The notes beneath the pieces were generated by a model. That model saw only the letters and a program-made list of their open reading frames with translations, ran no database searches and was not told the origin of the DNA. Both the position numbers and the translations under genes were made by a program. Shown piece after piece: positions 36,037 through 45,228 of a DNA stretch of 64,000 nt. Numbering within the stretch: position 1 is the first letter of the stretch; each line of letters begins with the position of its first letter. Source of the stretch: an uncultured Pseudobdellovibrionaceae bacterium (lineage in GTDB: Bacteria > Bdellovibrionota > Bdellovibrionia > Bdellovibrionales > UBA1609); contig CAZVOP010000001.1 in the NCBI GenBank assembly GCA_964628445.1, positions 27,355-91,354 on the forward strand. Reading direction: 5' to 3'.

Positions 36037-36227
36037 TTAAAACCTCCTTGGATAATCTATTTTTTGAGCAAGGCTCGTACCATGGAGGGCACGTCCGAGG
36101 GGGATTTGGGGAGAAGCAAAACTGCGGGTAGTCCCTTGTTGGGACATGGCACAGGAACGGTTGGACCTTGGGCCAGAGACAAGACGTAAATATTTAAAAT
36201 GGCAAAAGCAATTCCGATACGTAACTA

Positions 36228-37382
36228 GTGACGGAGTTATTTTTGCGATCAATTTTTCTTATCCTAATTTTTCCGTTAATTTTCTCGGGAAATCTTTTTG
36301 CGCAAGGTGCCGCGATGGACGAGCTGAATTGCTCGCCCGCTCCTGAGACCGGCGTATTTAAGTGCAAGGGCGGCCCGTTGGATGGCCGCGAATTTATTTC
36401 GGAAGATGACGCGCGCGATGCTTTAGGTGCCATGGAAAAGAAAAAGGCCAGCGATAAGGCCGAAGAAGTTTTGCCTTCCACGCCGCTTTCCGTTCAGATT
36501 CTCGCATGGGACTTCAGCACCATCGGCACGACCCGCAATGAATACGACCGCGTGGTGCAAGTATTGGGCGACGCCGACATCGCGATTCTTCAGGAAGTGG
36601 AATTCAACAGCACCGGTGAAACCGGCCTGACGGCGATCGCCAACTTACTCGGCCGCCATCTGAACGAACGGATTTGCAAAGGTTGGTTCAAAAGCAAAAC
36701 CGGCGAGCGCGCAAGGCATGCTTTCGTGTGGCGCGACAGGGTGATTAGTTTTGTTGAGAAGTCGGGTGTGATCAAAGAGCGCTGCTCCGATGCGCCGATG
36801 GTGATACGCATCGACGAAAGTAAATTGGATTCCAATGAGCTTTACAGCGCGACGTTTTTTTATAAGCCGAAAAACCAAATGTTCACGCTGGCCTCGGTGC
36901 ACTGGGATAAGAAGCCGAAGAAGGGCGCCGACAAAGAAGTGAACAAGATCTTTAATAAGCTGAACGCCATGCCGTGGCCGCTCATTCTGGCCGGAGATTT
37001 TAAAATGAGCGGCAAGAACAAGGCCTTTAAAGAATCCGACAAGCTCGATTTCAAGACCGCGCTACCCAAAGGCGCCGAGCAAAATATATGGATTAAGAAT
37101 ATGAGCATGATCCGTTCCGGGGTTGTTGATTTCGAGGAACGCTTTCCCGAGCTGGACAGCAAAGAGCGCGAAGCGATCGCAAGCGCGCCTCCGATCGGCA
37201 TAGAGATCTCTTTTTCACGCGAAGAAGCCGACACTCTGAAGATGCAGTTACTTAAGAAGAAGCCGGCACGTGACAAGGCTTCCGTGAAGCCGGCGGTCAA
37301 AGCGCGTATTCGTAAAGCGGTAAAGCAGCTGGACCTGAACGATGATCTAGAACGCGAAGCCGCGCAAACCGAAACGCATTAA
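36228..37382 (+). CDS. Secreted endonuclease/exonuclease/phosphatase (DNase I-like) family protein with a Lys-rich C-terminal tail
   Basis: Hydrophobic N-terminus. VQILAWDFSTIG...ADIAILQEVEF...LILAGDFKMS resembles EEP core motifs. C-terminal KKKPARDKASVKPAVKARIRKAVK. Confidence 0.5.
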   Translation: MTELFLRSIFLILIFPLIFSGNLFAQGAAMDELNCSPAPETGVFKCKGGPLDGREFISEDDARDALGAMEKKKASDKAEEVLPSTPLSVQILAWDFSTIGTTRNEYDRVVQVLGDADIAILQEVEFNSTGETGLTAIANLLGRHLNERICKGWFKSKTGERARHAFVWRDRVISFVEKSGVIKERCSDAPMVIRIDESKLDSNELYSATFFYKPKNQMFTLASVHWDKKPKKGADKEVNKIFNKLNAMPWPLILAGDFKMSGKNKAFKESDKLDFKTALPKGAEQNIWIKNMSMIRSGVVDFEERFPELDSKEREAIASAPPIGIEISFSREEADTLKMQLLKKKPARDKASVKPAVKARIRKAVKQLDLNDDLEREAAQTETH

Positions 37383-37401
37383 TTCGCTTATCATTAGAAT
37401 C

Positions 37402-38082
37402 ATGAAACAAAAAATCGCCGTCTGCGCTTTTATGGCGCTGGCATCGCCATTGGCTTGGGGTTTGATCGGCGGCAAGGTGTCCGATATGTTTCCCGAGGTC
37501 GTGCGCTTGCAAGCCGGCAAGAAAGTTTGCACCGGCACCATCGTCGGTCCGCGCGCAGTTCTCTCCGCCGCCCATTGCGTAACGGCGAGTGCGGACGATC
37601 CGCACTTTGTCTATAACGGGAAAACATATCGCGTGACCTATTTTGCGAGTCCCGAAAGTTCGAAGGGCCACGATATTGCTCTTGCGATCACCAATGAGAA
37701 AATCAAAAATGCGCGGTTCGCGCATTTCGGTAACGGCATTAAGCATGGAATGAAGATCACGATGGCCGGCTTTGGCTGCACGAAGAAGGGCGGAGTGCCG
37801 GGGTTACTGCATATCGGAAGCTCGTTGGTCATCGGGATGGACCAAGATCACATTCTTTCGGCCTTGCCCGGCGGCGGTGTCTTGTGCGAGGGGGACTCGG
37901 GCGGGCCGTCGTTCGCGAACGAGGGAAATGAGCGGCGCCTGGTGGCGGTAAGTTCGCTCAGCGATATCGCGAAAATCAATATCAATGTGCGCACCGACTC
38001 GGCTCTGAGTTACGCGTTCTTCAAGGCCGCCTCCATTGCGAAGCAAATTGAGATCTGCGGGATCAATGCCGAGTGCAATTAG
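37402..38082 (+). CDS. Secreted trypsin-like serine protease (S1 family)
   Basis: Signal peptide. Catalytic triad contexts LSAAHCV, HDIALA and GDSGGPSF. Confidence 0.8.
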   Translation: MKQKIAVCAFMALASPLAWGLIGGKVSDMFPEVVRLQAGKKVCTGTIVGPRAVLSAAHCVTASADDPHFVYNGKTYRVTYFASPESSKGHDIALAITNEKIKNARFAHFGNGIKHGMKITMAGFGCTKKGGVPGLLHIGSSLVIGMDQDHILSALPGGGVLCEGDSGGPSFANEGNERRLVAVSSLSDIAKININVRTDSALSYAFFKAASIAKQIEICGINAECN

Positions 38083-38135
38083 GCAAGATCCGGGCACACT
38101 CCTTGCTCAAATGAACATGATCTCTATAAAATGAA

Positions 38136-38648
38136 TTGGGTGTGTGGTTAATGCGGGTTGGGGAAAAGTCATTCGCGTGGCGCTTCGACAGAGGTGAAAT
38201 TCTTATAGCCGGTGCGGCTTCGCTGCTGTTGCTCTCGCTCGGGCTGTGGACGGGCAAGGCCGGCGCCGTAAACGCCGACGGCATCAACTCGCTCCTGCGC
38301 CAAGATCAGATCTTGGAACTTGCTCCGCAGAAGTTTCGCCATCGGCTTCCGGTGCGGATCGAGCAGGCCCGAGGGCTGTTCCTGGTGGACACGGCGGCGG
38401 GTGAATTGGTCTTGAGCCGGGAGTTTGTCGCTGGAAATAACCTTTGGGATTATCATTTTATCCGCGAGGTGGGCGGCGGTGACTTAGTGGAATTTAAAGC
38501 GGTCAAGGTGGGGGCGTGGACCCTTAACGACGTGCAGGCCGTGATTTGCGATGAGTGCGACATGATCGCCGGCCAAAGCGTATTAAATCAATTCCATTTG
38601 GAAAATGTCGAGCGTGACGGCGTCGAATACCTCACGCTGCAACGCTAG
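38136..38648 (+). CDS. Membrane-anchored retropepsin-like (clan AA) aspartic protease homologue, DTA variant
   Basis: N-terminal TM. LFLVDTAAGELVLSREFV sits where the family has DTGA. C-terminal ...MIAGQSVLNQFHLE... pattern. Start uncertain. Confidence 0.35.
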   Translation: MGVWLMRVGEKSFAWRFDRGEILIAGAASLLLLSLGLWTGKAGAVNADGINSLLRQDQILELAPQKFRHRLPVRIEQARGLFLVDTAAGELVLSREFVAGNNLWDYHFIREVGGGDLVEFKAVKVGAWTLNDVQAVICDECDMIAGQSVLNQFHLENVERDGVEYLTLQR

Positions 38649-39022
38649 ATCGTCGGCGCTTTACGCTTATCGACCGCACGCAAAGCGGCCTCACAGATAA
38701 CAAAGGACACATTGTCGCCAACCGCGGCTCCGCAACCTTCGAAATTCTTTTCTTCTAAGACTTTAAGCATGGCTTCGGGCGCGCTCCAGCCGTCCACATT
38801 TTCTGGACCGACGAACGCGAACCATTGATTGTTTTCGATCGGGAGCAGAGACACTTTCATTTTTTCGGCGACGATCCATGCCCATTCGATTTCACGCGTG
38901 TAGTTGCGCAAAGGGCGTTCACCGCTGGCTGGATTTTCAAACAGAACTTTGCCGCGGGCCCAAACTTTATGACCGAAAATCTCGGTCGCGATCTTGGTGT
39001 CGAGTTCACGTCCTGGACGCAT
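38645..39022 (-). CDS. Hypothetical protein, phage ABA-sandwich-domain-like
   Basis: Trimmed to MRPGRELDTKIATEIFGHKVW..., an N-terminal pattern I associate with phage-derived ABA sandwich proteins. Low confidence. Confidence 0.35.
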   Translation of the reverse strand: MRPGRELDTKIATEIFGHKVWARGKVLFENPASGERPLRNYTREIEWAWIVAEKMKVSLLPIENNQWFAFVGPENVDGWSAPEAMLKVLEEKNFEGCGAAVGDNVSFVICEAALRAVDKRKAPTI

Positions 39023-39144
39023 AAAACCTCCGCTAAAGGCCCCGAGAGTTAACAAACAAATTTGTCCTTGTCATAGATTATTTGACGCAAAGCGCGCGCT
39101 TCTACTGAGAATGAATATTGCTCTGTAATTCGATGAGGTGAAAT

Positions 39145-39585
39145 ATGCAAAATCGATGGATCGCGATTGTGAACAGGACTGACGCCCGCATTTTCAGTGA
39201 ACGGCCTTTTAAGCGCGTTAGCCAGCTTAAGAACTTACTTGGCCGCACCAAGAATAGGGAAATGACGAAGGATAAGCCCTCACTCAATCGCGCACCGTTC
39301 GGCGGGGTGAAGGGGATTCACGGCACGAGAGGGGAAAAAAATCCCCACGAGGACGTGGCGGTGGCTTTTGCAAAACAAGTGAGTGAATACCTGCGCAAAG
39401 CTCACGCTGAAAATCAATTCGATTCATTACTGGTCGTGGCCGAGCCGAAAATGCTTGGCCGGGTAAAATCTGAGTTTAATAAGACGGTGAAAGGTTGCAC
39501 CGAATGGCTCGGTAAAGATTTTGGTCACTCGAGCAGTGTGGAGCTGCCCAAGCTATTGGGCCTGGAAAAATCAGCGCGCGTATAA
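39145..39585 (+). CDS. Host-attachment protein family (bacterial eRF1-like, baeRF-type) protein
   Basis: WIAIVNRTDARIF...HEDVAVAFAKQVSEYLRKAHAENQFDSLLVVAEPKMLGRVKSEF matches my recollection of the Host_attach layout. GAGGTG RBS. Confidence 0.5.
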   Translation: MQNRWIAIVNRTDARIFSERPFKRVSQLKNLLGRTKNREMTKDKPSLNRAPFGGVKGIHGTRGEKNPHEDVAVAFAKQVSEYLRKAHAENQFDSLLVVAEPKMLGRVKSEFNKTVKGCTEWLGKDFGHSSSVELPKLLGLEKSARV

Positions 39586-40533
39586 CATTTGTAAGCGCAG
39601 AAGATCTTCGGGGCTCAGGCCCTGACGAGCGGGCTCGATCAAAGCGCCGGTGCGTGATTCAAGCGTGGCCTCGCCCCGTTGTTTGGCAAAGTCCGTGGGA
39701 CCGTAAATCATGACGGATTGGTAATCGAAGGGGCGGCCCTTGTACGGATCGGCCAGCGAGAGAGGAGCGGATTCAAACTGACTTTGTTTATCCTCCTCGA
39801 TATTGTCCCAATTCACTTTCACATAATTGTCACGATCGGGCCGTGAGTGTTCATGGATAAAGCCGAGCGCATGCATAAGTTCGTGGGTAATCTCTTTGTC
39901 GCCGCAGCGGTCGTCCAGGTAGATCGGCTGATGCCCGCCGATCCGGCCGACATAAGACAAACAGAGCGGAACGGTGGACGGAGCGAAGACGATCGAGTCG
40001 GTCTGGTTGGTGTAGGGAACAAAACGTACGGGTGAGAATTCATTAAAGTAAGCAATGACTCTCATCACGCGCTCGGGATTATTGAGCTGCGGGTGAAACG
40101 AATAAGCGATTTCGCCCTTCGGCCACGTGTGTAGTGCCGGCGCTTCGATAAAGCCTTGCTCCGGAAAATCGGGGCGCGTGGGCTTGCCGAGCAAGATATC
40201 GCCGAAGGCCACGACCAGCCCGTCATGCACTTCAAAGGGAATCGCGCCCTTAGGCGGCTTGGGCCGGCCGCCGTCGATGGGCTTTTCGGCAACGAGTGCT
40301 TGTCCAAGCTTGGGCGTAGTTTGTTGGGGCGTGGCAGGGGCCGGTGCGGGCATTTGAATATTTACCGGCTTCTTTATCGGCGGTGTAGGACGGATTGCCG
40401 CGGATCGACCGGTCACTTCAGCCGGGCGGTTCGCGAACTCGCGATAGACGAGAAAAACCAAAAATAAAATCAGAATCGGGAGCAAGAGTTTCTTAGATGA
40501 CATCCACTTTACCGGCATTGGCCGCACGTACAC
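39571..40533 (-). CDS. Secreted astacin-like (M12A) zinc metalloprotease
   Basis: ITHELMHALGFIHEHSRPDRD (HExxHxxGxxHE) and Met-turn SVMIY. TM/signal segment LLLPILILFLVFLV. Start may be ATG 40503. Confidence 0.8.
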   Translation of the reverse strand: MYVRPMPVKWMSSKKLLLPILILFLVFLVYREFANRPAEVTGRSAAIRPTPPIKKPVNIQMPAPAPATPQQTTPKLGQALVAEKPIDGGRPKPPKGAIPFEVHDGLVVAFGDILLGKPTRPDFPEQGFIEAPALHTWPKGEIAYSFHPQLNNPERVMRVIAYFNEFSPVRFVPYTNQTDSIVFAPSTVPLCLSYVGRIGGHQPIYLDDRCGDKEITHELMHALGFIHEHSRPDRDNYVKVNWDNIEEDKQSQFESAPLSLADPYKGRPFDYQSVMIYGPTDFAKQRGEATLESRTGALIEPARQGLSPEDLLRLQMLYAR

Positions 40534-41260
40534 GTTTGGCGAGTGTTAACATCAGCGCTTTCGACCAGGAAGGCCTTTTGAATAAAACTTTATCGAATTT
40601 GCCAAGGGGAACTTCGATCAGCTCACAATTCGACACGGCCCGAACATGCGCACTTCGCGGCTGGCCGTTGATGTACGCCATTTCGCCGACAAATTCACCG
40701 TACTCAATCAGACCAAGCAAAACTTCTTTTTCACCGGCTAACTTGTAGGCTTGCAGTTGGCCCTTTCTCACAAAGTAAACGAAGTCGGCTTTGTCGCCTT
40801 CTTTGAGCAGCACATCGCCGGGCGCGAGGAAACGCAAATAAAATTCGGCACGGTTCGATTGCGAGGAAAAATTTAAGCCCTTCACCAGACATTGCAGGAA
40901 TTCATTGCCGTCATTTTCCGCCGTAAAATACTGAACCTTGCCGGTCACCAATTCATCGAGGTGATGGCCTTCGGGCGGGGGGCCCGAGGAAATGATGATC
41001 GCCATACCCTCCGCATCCTTCGCCACAAGCGCGTGATCGATCAATTTTAAGCCCGGCATTTTCGGTAGATCCAGATCCGTAATAAAAATATGCGGGGTTG
41101 CGTTTTGCAATTTACTCAGTGCCGTTAAGCCGTCGTGGGCTTTATATATGACGGCCTTTGAGACATGTTTTAAGATGGCTTCTTCAAGCCAAGCCGCTTT
41201 GCTTTTCGAACCCGAGGCGATCAGAAATATTTTTTTGTCTTCAAGACGGGCGGCATTCAC
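40493..41260 (-). CDS. Atypical receiver domain fused to a cyclic-nucleotide-binding domain
   Basis: ORF trimmed to GTG 41260, which overlaps the upstream stop (TAGTG). Receiver-like IFITDLDLPKMPG, but IASG replaces the acidic DD pair. cNMP-binding FVGEMAYINGQPRSAHVRA. Confidence 0.6.
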   Translation of the reverse strand: MNAARLEDKKIFLIASGSKSKAAWLEEAILKHVSKAVIYKAHDGLTALSKLQNATPHIFITDLDLPKMPGLKLIDHALVAKDAEGMAIIISSGPPPEGHHLDELVTGKVQYFTAENDGNEFLQCLVKGLNFSSQSNRAEFYLRFLAPGDVLLKEGDKADFVYFVRKGQLQAYKLAGEKEVLLGLIEYGEFVGEMAYINGQPRSAHVRAVSNCELIEVPLGKFDKVLFKRPSWSKALMLTLAKRVRAANAGKVDVI

Positions 41261-41619
41261 TAGCGTACTCCTTGGGCTGACACGCTGACGTAGCCGCTGC
41301 CGTGCGTACCCATGATTTGGATGGAGCAGTTTTGGTAACCTTCGCGGCGTGGGCTGAATTGCACTTCGATCGAACAAGATTGGTTGGGACCCAAGCTCAA
41401 GGTGCACCAATTGCCGATATTGAAATCGCCGTAACAGGAATTGAGCACACTGATTTGTTCGTTCTCCGGGCCGAAATTTTGCACGTTGATGCGTTGACTC
41501 GGGCCGAATGATCCGATCTTGACGTTATAAAAATTGATTGAAGCCGGATAGACATTGATGGCGGCTTGGGCTGTAAAGCTCATCAGCACCAAGGTCAAGA
41601 GCGCGAGTGCATTTTGCAT
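41260..41619 (-). CDS. Small secreted Ig-like protein (choice-of-anchor D / ASPM-SPD2-Hydin-like)
   Basis: Signal peptide MQNALALLTLVLMSFTAQA. FYNVKIGSFGPSQRINVQNFG...C...C...LGPNQSCSIEVQFSP pattern. Confidence 0.45.
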   Translation of the reverse strand: MQNALALLTLVLMSFTAQAAINVYPASINFYNVKIGSFGPSQRINVQNFGPENEQISVLNSCYGDFNIGNWCTLSLGPNQSCSIEVQFSPRREGYQNCSIQIMGTHGSGYVSVSAQGVR

Positions 41620-41741
41620 AAATCCCCCTCTTAAAATCGTCCTCTGGATCGCCTTAACTAGAAAGGAATTGTGCGTCGTGACGGGCTGCGTGTAGTCGCT
41701 TAAAAAATGCCTCGTATCTCATTGAAACAGAGGAGTCCCCA

Positions 41742-44063
41742 ATGACGGCTTTTTCGAAGCTCGCCATGTTTGCGCTTGTATTGACTGTGAGTTCCGTTCA
41801 TGCGGCGCCGGCAGCTCATAGTGATGCCAAAATGAACGCCTTTATCTCCAAGCTTATGGCGAAAATGACGCTCAATGAGAAGATTGGGCAATTGAACCAA
41901 TACACCGCCGAAATGGCGATCACCGGTTCGACTTTGAATGCGAATTACAAAGAGGACATTAAAAAAGGCAAAGTCGGCAGCATCTTGAATGCTTTCGGTC
42001 CCGATACTACGCGCGAAATGCAAAAGCTTGCCGTGGAAAATACCCGCTTGAAAATTCCGATCTTGTTCGGCCATGACGTGATTCACGGCCACCGCACGAT
42101 TTTTCCGATTCCGCTCGGAGAAAGCGCGACTTGGGATCTTCCTTTGATCGAAAAATCCGCGCGCCTTGCCGCACGGGAAGCGGCCGCCGACGGCCTGCAC
42201 TGGACTTTCGCGCCGATGGTCGATGTCGCGCGCGATCCGCGCTGGGGCCGCGTGTCTGAAGGTGCCGGCGAAGACACATGGTTGGGCGCCAAGATTGCCG
42301 AGGCCCGCGTGCACGGCTTTCAAGGCAAAGATCCGCATGCCACCGATAGCATTTATGCCTGCGTAAAGCATTTCGCCGCTTACGGCGCGCCGATCGCCGG
42401 ACGCGATTACAACACGGTCGACATGAGCGAGCGTGAGCTTTTTGAAAATTACTTGCCTCCCTACGAAGCGGCCGTCAAGGCGGGAGCCGCGACCGTCATG
42501 ACTTCATTCAATGAAATCGACGGCGTTCCGTCGACCGGCAATGAATGGCTTTTGACGAAGTTGTTGCGCGACAAATGGAAATTCAAAGGTTTTGTGGTGA
42601 CCGATTACACCGCCATTAACGAAATGGTCTTCCACGGCTTCGCTGAAAACGATCGTGTCGCCGGACGTTTGGCTTTCAATGCGGGTTCCGATATGGATAT
42701 GCAATCCGACGCGTACATCAAGTACATGGCGGACGACGTGAAGGCCGGAAAAATTAAGATGTCCAAGATCGACAAGTCCGTGCGTCTGATTTTGGAAGCG
42801 AAATACCGCAAAGGTTTGTTCGAGAATCCTTACCGCTACAGCGACACTGAGCGCGCCAAGAAAGTGATCATGTCGCCCGAGATCGTCGCGCACGCACGCG
42901 ACGTCGGCCGCCGTTCGATTGTCTTGCTGAAAAATGACAAGAACGTTTTGCCTTTGAAGCGCGAAGGCACCATCGCCCTGATCGGCCCGATGGCGGAAAA
43001 CAAACGCGATCAAATCGGCAACTGGTCGTCGGCCGGCGACTGGAAGCAGGCGGTGAATTTGGTTGAAGGCATGACTGCGGGCGCGCAGGGAAAGGTGAAG
43101 ATCATCACCTCACCCGGCACCAATATCTTGGAAGACGGCAAAATGCGCGATTTCTTGAACACCCACGGCGGGGAAATCGATAAAAACCCGCGTCCCTTGG
43201 AAGCGATGATGGACGATGCCGTACGCGCGGCGAAAAAGGCCGACGTCGTGGTCATGGCCTTAGGTGAAGCGCAGATCATGAGCGGTGAGGCCGCCTCGCG
43301 CGCGTACATCCGCATTCCCGACGCGCAACTGGCTTTATTGAAGCGGGTGAAAGAGGAGGCCAAGAAGCCGATCGTGTTGGTCGTTTACAGCGGCCGTCCT
43401 TTGGTTTTGGAAGTCGAAAACGGAATCGCCGACGCAATCGTGCAGGCTTGGTTCTTGGGCACGCAAGCCGGGAACTCCATCGCCGACGTTCTTTACGGCG
43501 ATTACAATCCGTCGGGAAAATTGACGTCTTCTTTTCCGCGCACCGAAGGCCAGATCCCGGTTTATTACAACGCCAAGAACACTGGGCGCCCAGACGATCC
43601 CGCGCACAAGTATCGCTCCAAATATATCGATTTGCCGAACGATCCTTTGTTCCCGTTCGGCTTCGGCTTGAGCTACACGAAATTCGATATTTCGGCGCCC
43701 AAGTTGAGTGCGGCAAAGCTTAAGCCCAATCAGAAATTGAAAATTGAAGTGATGGTGAAGAACATAGGCGAACGCGACGGTGAAGAAACCGTTCAGCTTT
43801 ATATCCGCGACATGGTCGGTTCAGTGACCCGCCCGGTGAAGCAATTGCGCGGCTTTCAAAAACTATTTTTGAAGAAAGGCGAGTCGCGTGAGATCGCGAT
43901 GGAACTGGGGATCGAAGATCTTAAGTTTTATAATCGCGCGATGAAATGGACTTATGAGCCTGGTGACTTCAAAGTGATGGTCGGGCCGAACTCGCGCGAC
44001 GTCAAAGAGGCGATGTTCACATTGGTGAAGGCTTCGGCGGAAGGTAAGCTGGTTTCGCGCTAA
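41742..44063 (+). CDS. bglX: Periplasmic beta-glucosidase, glycoside hydrolase family 3 (BglX-like)
   Basis: Signal peptide. KHFAAYGA and GFVVTDY (nucleophile region). C-terminal Fn3-like domain. GAGGAG RBS. Confidence 0.85.
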   Translation: MTAFSKLAMFALVLTVSSVHAAPAAHSDAKMNAFISKLMAKMTLNEKIGQLNQYTAEMAITGSTLNANYKEDIKKGKVGSILNAFGPDTTREMQKLAVENTRLKIPILFGHDVIHGHRTIFPIPLGESATWDLPLIEKSARLAAREAAADGLHWTFAPMVDVARDPRWGRVSEGAGEDTWLGAKIAEARVHGFQGKDPHATDSIYACVKHFAAYGAPIAGRDYNTVDMSERELFENYLPPYEAAVKAGAATVMTSFNEIDGVPSTGNEWLLTKLLRDKWKFKGFVVTDYTAINEMVFHGFAENDRVAGRLAFNAGSDMDMQSDAYIKYMADDVKAGKIKMSKIDKSVRLILEAKYRKGLFENPYRYSDTERAKKVIMSPEIVAHARDVGRRSIVLLKNDKNVLPLKREGTIALIGPMAENKRDQIGNWSSAGDWKQAVNLVEGMTAGAQGKVKIITSPGTNILEDGKMRDFLNTHGGEIDKNPRPLEAMMDDAVRAAKKADVVVMALGEAQIMSGEAASRAYIRIPDAQLALLKRVKEEAKKPIVLVVYSGRPLVLEVENGIADAIVQAWFLGTQAGNSIADVLYGDYNPSGKLTSSFPRTEGQIPVYYNAKNTGRPDDPAHKYRSKYIDLPNDPLFPFGFGLSYTKFDISAPKLSAAKLKPNQKLKIEVMVKNIGERDGEETVQLYIRDMVGSVTRPVKQLRGFQKLFLKKGESREIAMELGIEDLKFYNRAMKWTYEPGDFKVMVGPNSRDVKEAMFTLVKASAEGKLVSR

Positions 44064-44122
44064 GCGGCCGGTCACGTCCAACACGCCTTCGGCGCCGAAG
44101 GTGGAAAACACATTGTTTTCCT

Positions 44123-45115
44123 TCAGGGCGCGATAATTCCGATCGCATCGTACACTTTTTTCATCGTCGCGCGGGCCCGAATACGGGCGGCATCGGCACC
44201 CTTCTTCATCAACGCTTCCAATTCCCCGCGGTCCTTCATGAGATCCGCGTGGCGCGCCTGAATCGGCTTTAGGGTCTCGATCACCACTTCGGCCACAGCC
44301 GCCTTCAAATGACCATACATCTTCCCCTCAAACTCTTTTTCAATCTCGGGGTAAGCTTTGCCGGTCAAAACGGAATAGATCGTCATCAAGTTGGCGATAC
44401 CGGCGTTATCTTCATCATAAGCCACACGTGATCCAGAGTCGGTGACGGCCCGTTTGATTTTTTTCTCCAAAGTTTTTGGATCGTCCAAAATCGCGATCAT
44501 TCCGTTTTTATCGGGATCCGATTTGGACATCTTCTTGGAAGGATCCGCCAACGACATGATTTTGGCGCCTTTGAGCGGGATCATAGGAGCGGGCTCCTTA
44601 AACGTCTCGCCGAACTTATTGTTGAAATACTTCACCATGTCCCGGCACAGCTCCAAATGTTGCTTTTGATCTTGGCCGACGGGCACGAAATCCGCTTGGT
44701 ACAGCAAGATATCCGCGGCCATAAGGACCGGGTACATCAGCAGACCTGCAAGAATCTGCTTTTGATCCCCGCTCTTGTCCTTAAATTGAGTCATGCGCTG
44801 CAACTGTCCGAGAGGCGTGATGCAGGTCAAAGCCCAAGTGAGTTCGGTGTGTTCGGGCACCTGCGACTGCAAAAACAAGGTGCACTTCGAAGGATCGAGT
44901 CCGACGGCGATATATTGCGCGAAAAAGCTCAACGTCCTCTCGCGCAGCTCGGCTGGATTCTGGTATTCGGTTAAAGAGTGAAGATTTGCGACCATGAAGA
45001 ACGCATCGTACTCTTCGATCATCTTGGTCCACTGGCTTAAGGCGCCGATGTAGTTGCCAAGAGTCAGACCGCCGGTTGTTGTCGAGCCACTTAAGACTGT
45101 CCCTTTTTTAGCCAT
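44123..45115 (-). CDS. trpS: Tryptophan--tRNA ligase
   Basis: GGLTLGNYIGAL (HIGH-equivalent) and KMSKS. Trimmed to MAKKG. Confidence 0.9.
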   Translation of the reverse strand: MAKKGTVLSGSTTTGGLTLGNYIGALSQWTKMIEEYDAFFMVANLHSLTEYQNPAELRERTLSFFAQYIAVGLDPSKCTLFLQSQVPEHTELTWALTCITPLGQLQRMTQFKDKSGDQKQILAGLLMYPVLMAADILLYQADFVPVGQDQKQHLELCRDMVKYFNNKFGETFKEPAPMIPLKGAKIMSLADPSKKMSKSDPDKNGMIAILDDPKTLEKKIKRAVTDSGSRVAYDEDNAGIANLMTIYSVLTGKAYPEIEKEFEGKMYGHLKAAVAEVVIETLKPIQARHADLMKDRGELEALMKKGADAARIRARATMKKVYDAIGIIAP

Positions 45116-45228
45116 GGAACAGACCATATCATAGAGATTATTTGTCTCAAAGCCTCACGCCGAGACACATGCACGTCTCATTGTGAAAAAGGTGTCAAAG
45201 ACCCAGACAAAAGTGCCGAGATATTCTT

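Noticed and set aside
36147-36164. TGGCAC in the HPF-like/EEP intergenic region, considered as a sigma-54 -24 element
   Set aside because: The -12 element is missing. The bases at the required spacing read CGGT rather than TTGC.
44075-44115. Two adjacent palindromes (CCTTCGGCGCCGAAGG and GGAAAACA-cat-TGTTTTCC) between bglX and trpS, considered as further copies of the repeated element or as a bidirectional terminator
   Set aside because: The sequence is unrelated to the 12993/58881 element, and no U-tract follows on either strand. They may still act as weak 3' hairpins, but nothing distinguishes them from chance.
45144-45179. GTCTC...GAGAC...GTCTC alternative pairings upstream of trpS, considered as an attenuator or T-box-like switch
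   Set aside because: The stems are only 5 bp. There is no specifier loop, T-box sequence, leader peptide or terminator U-tract.
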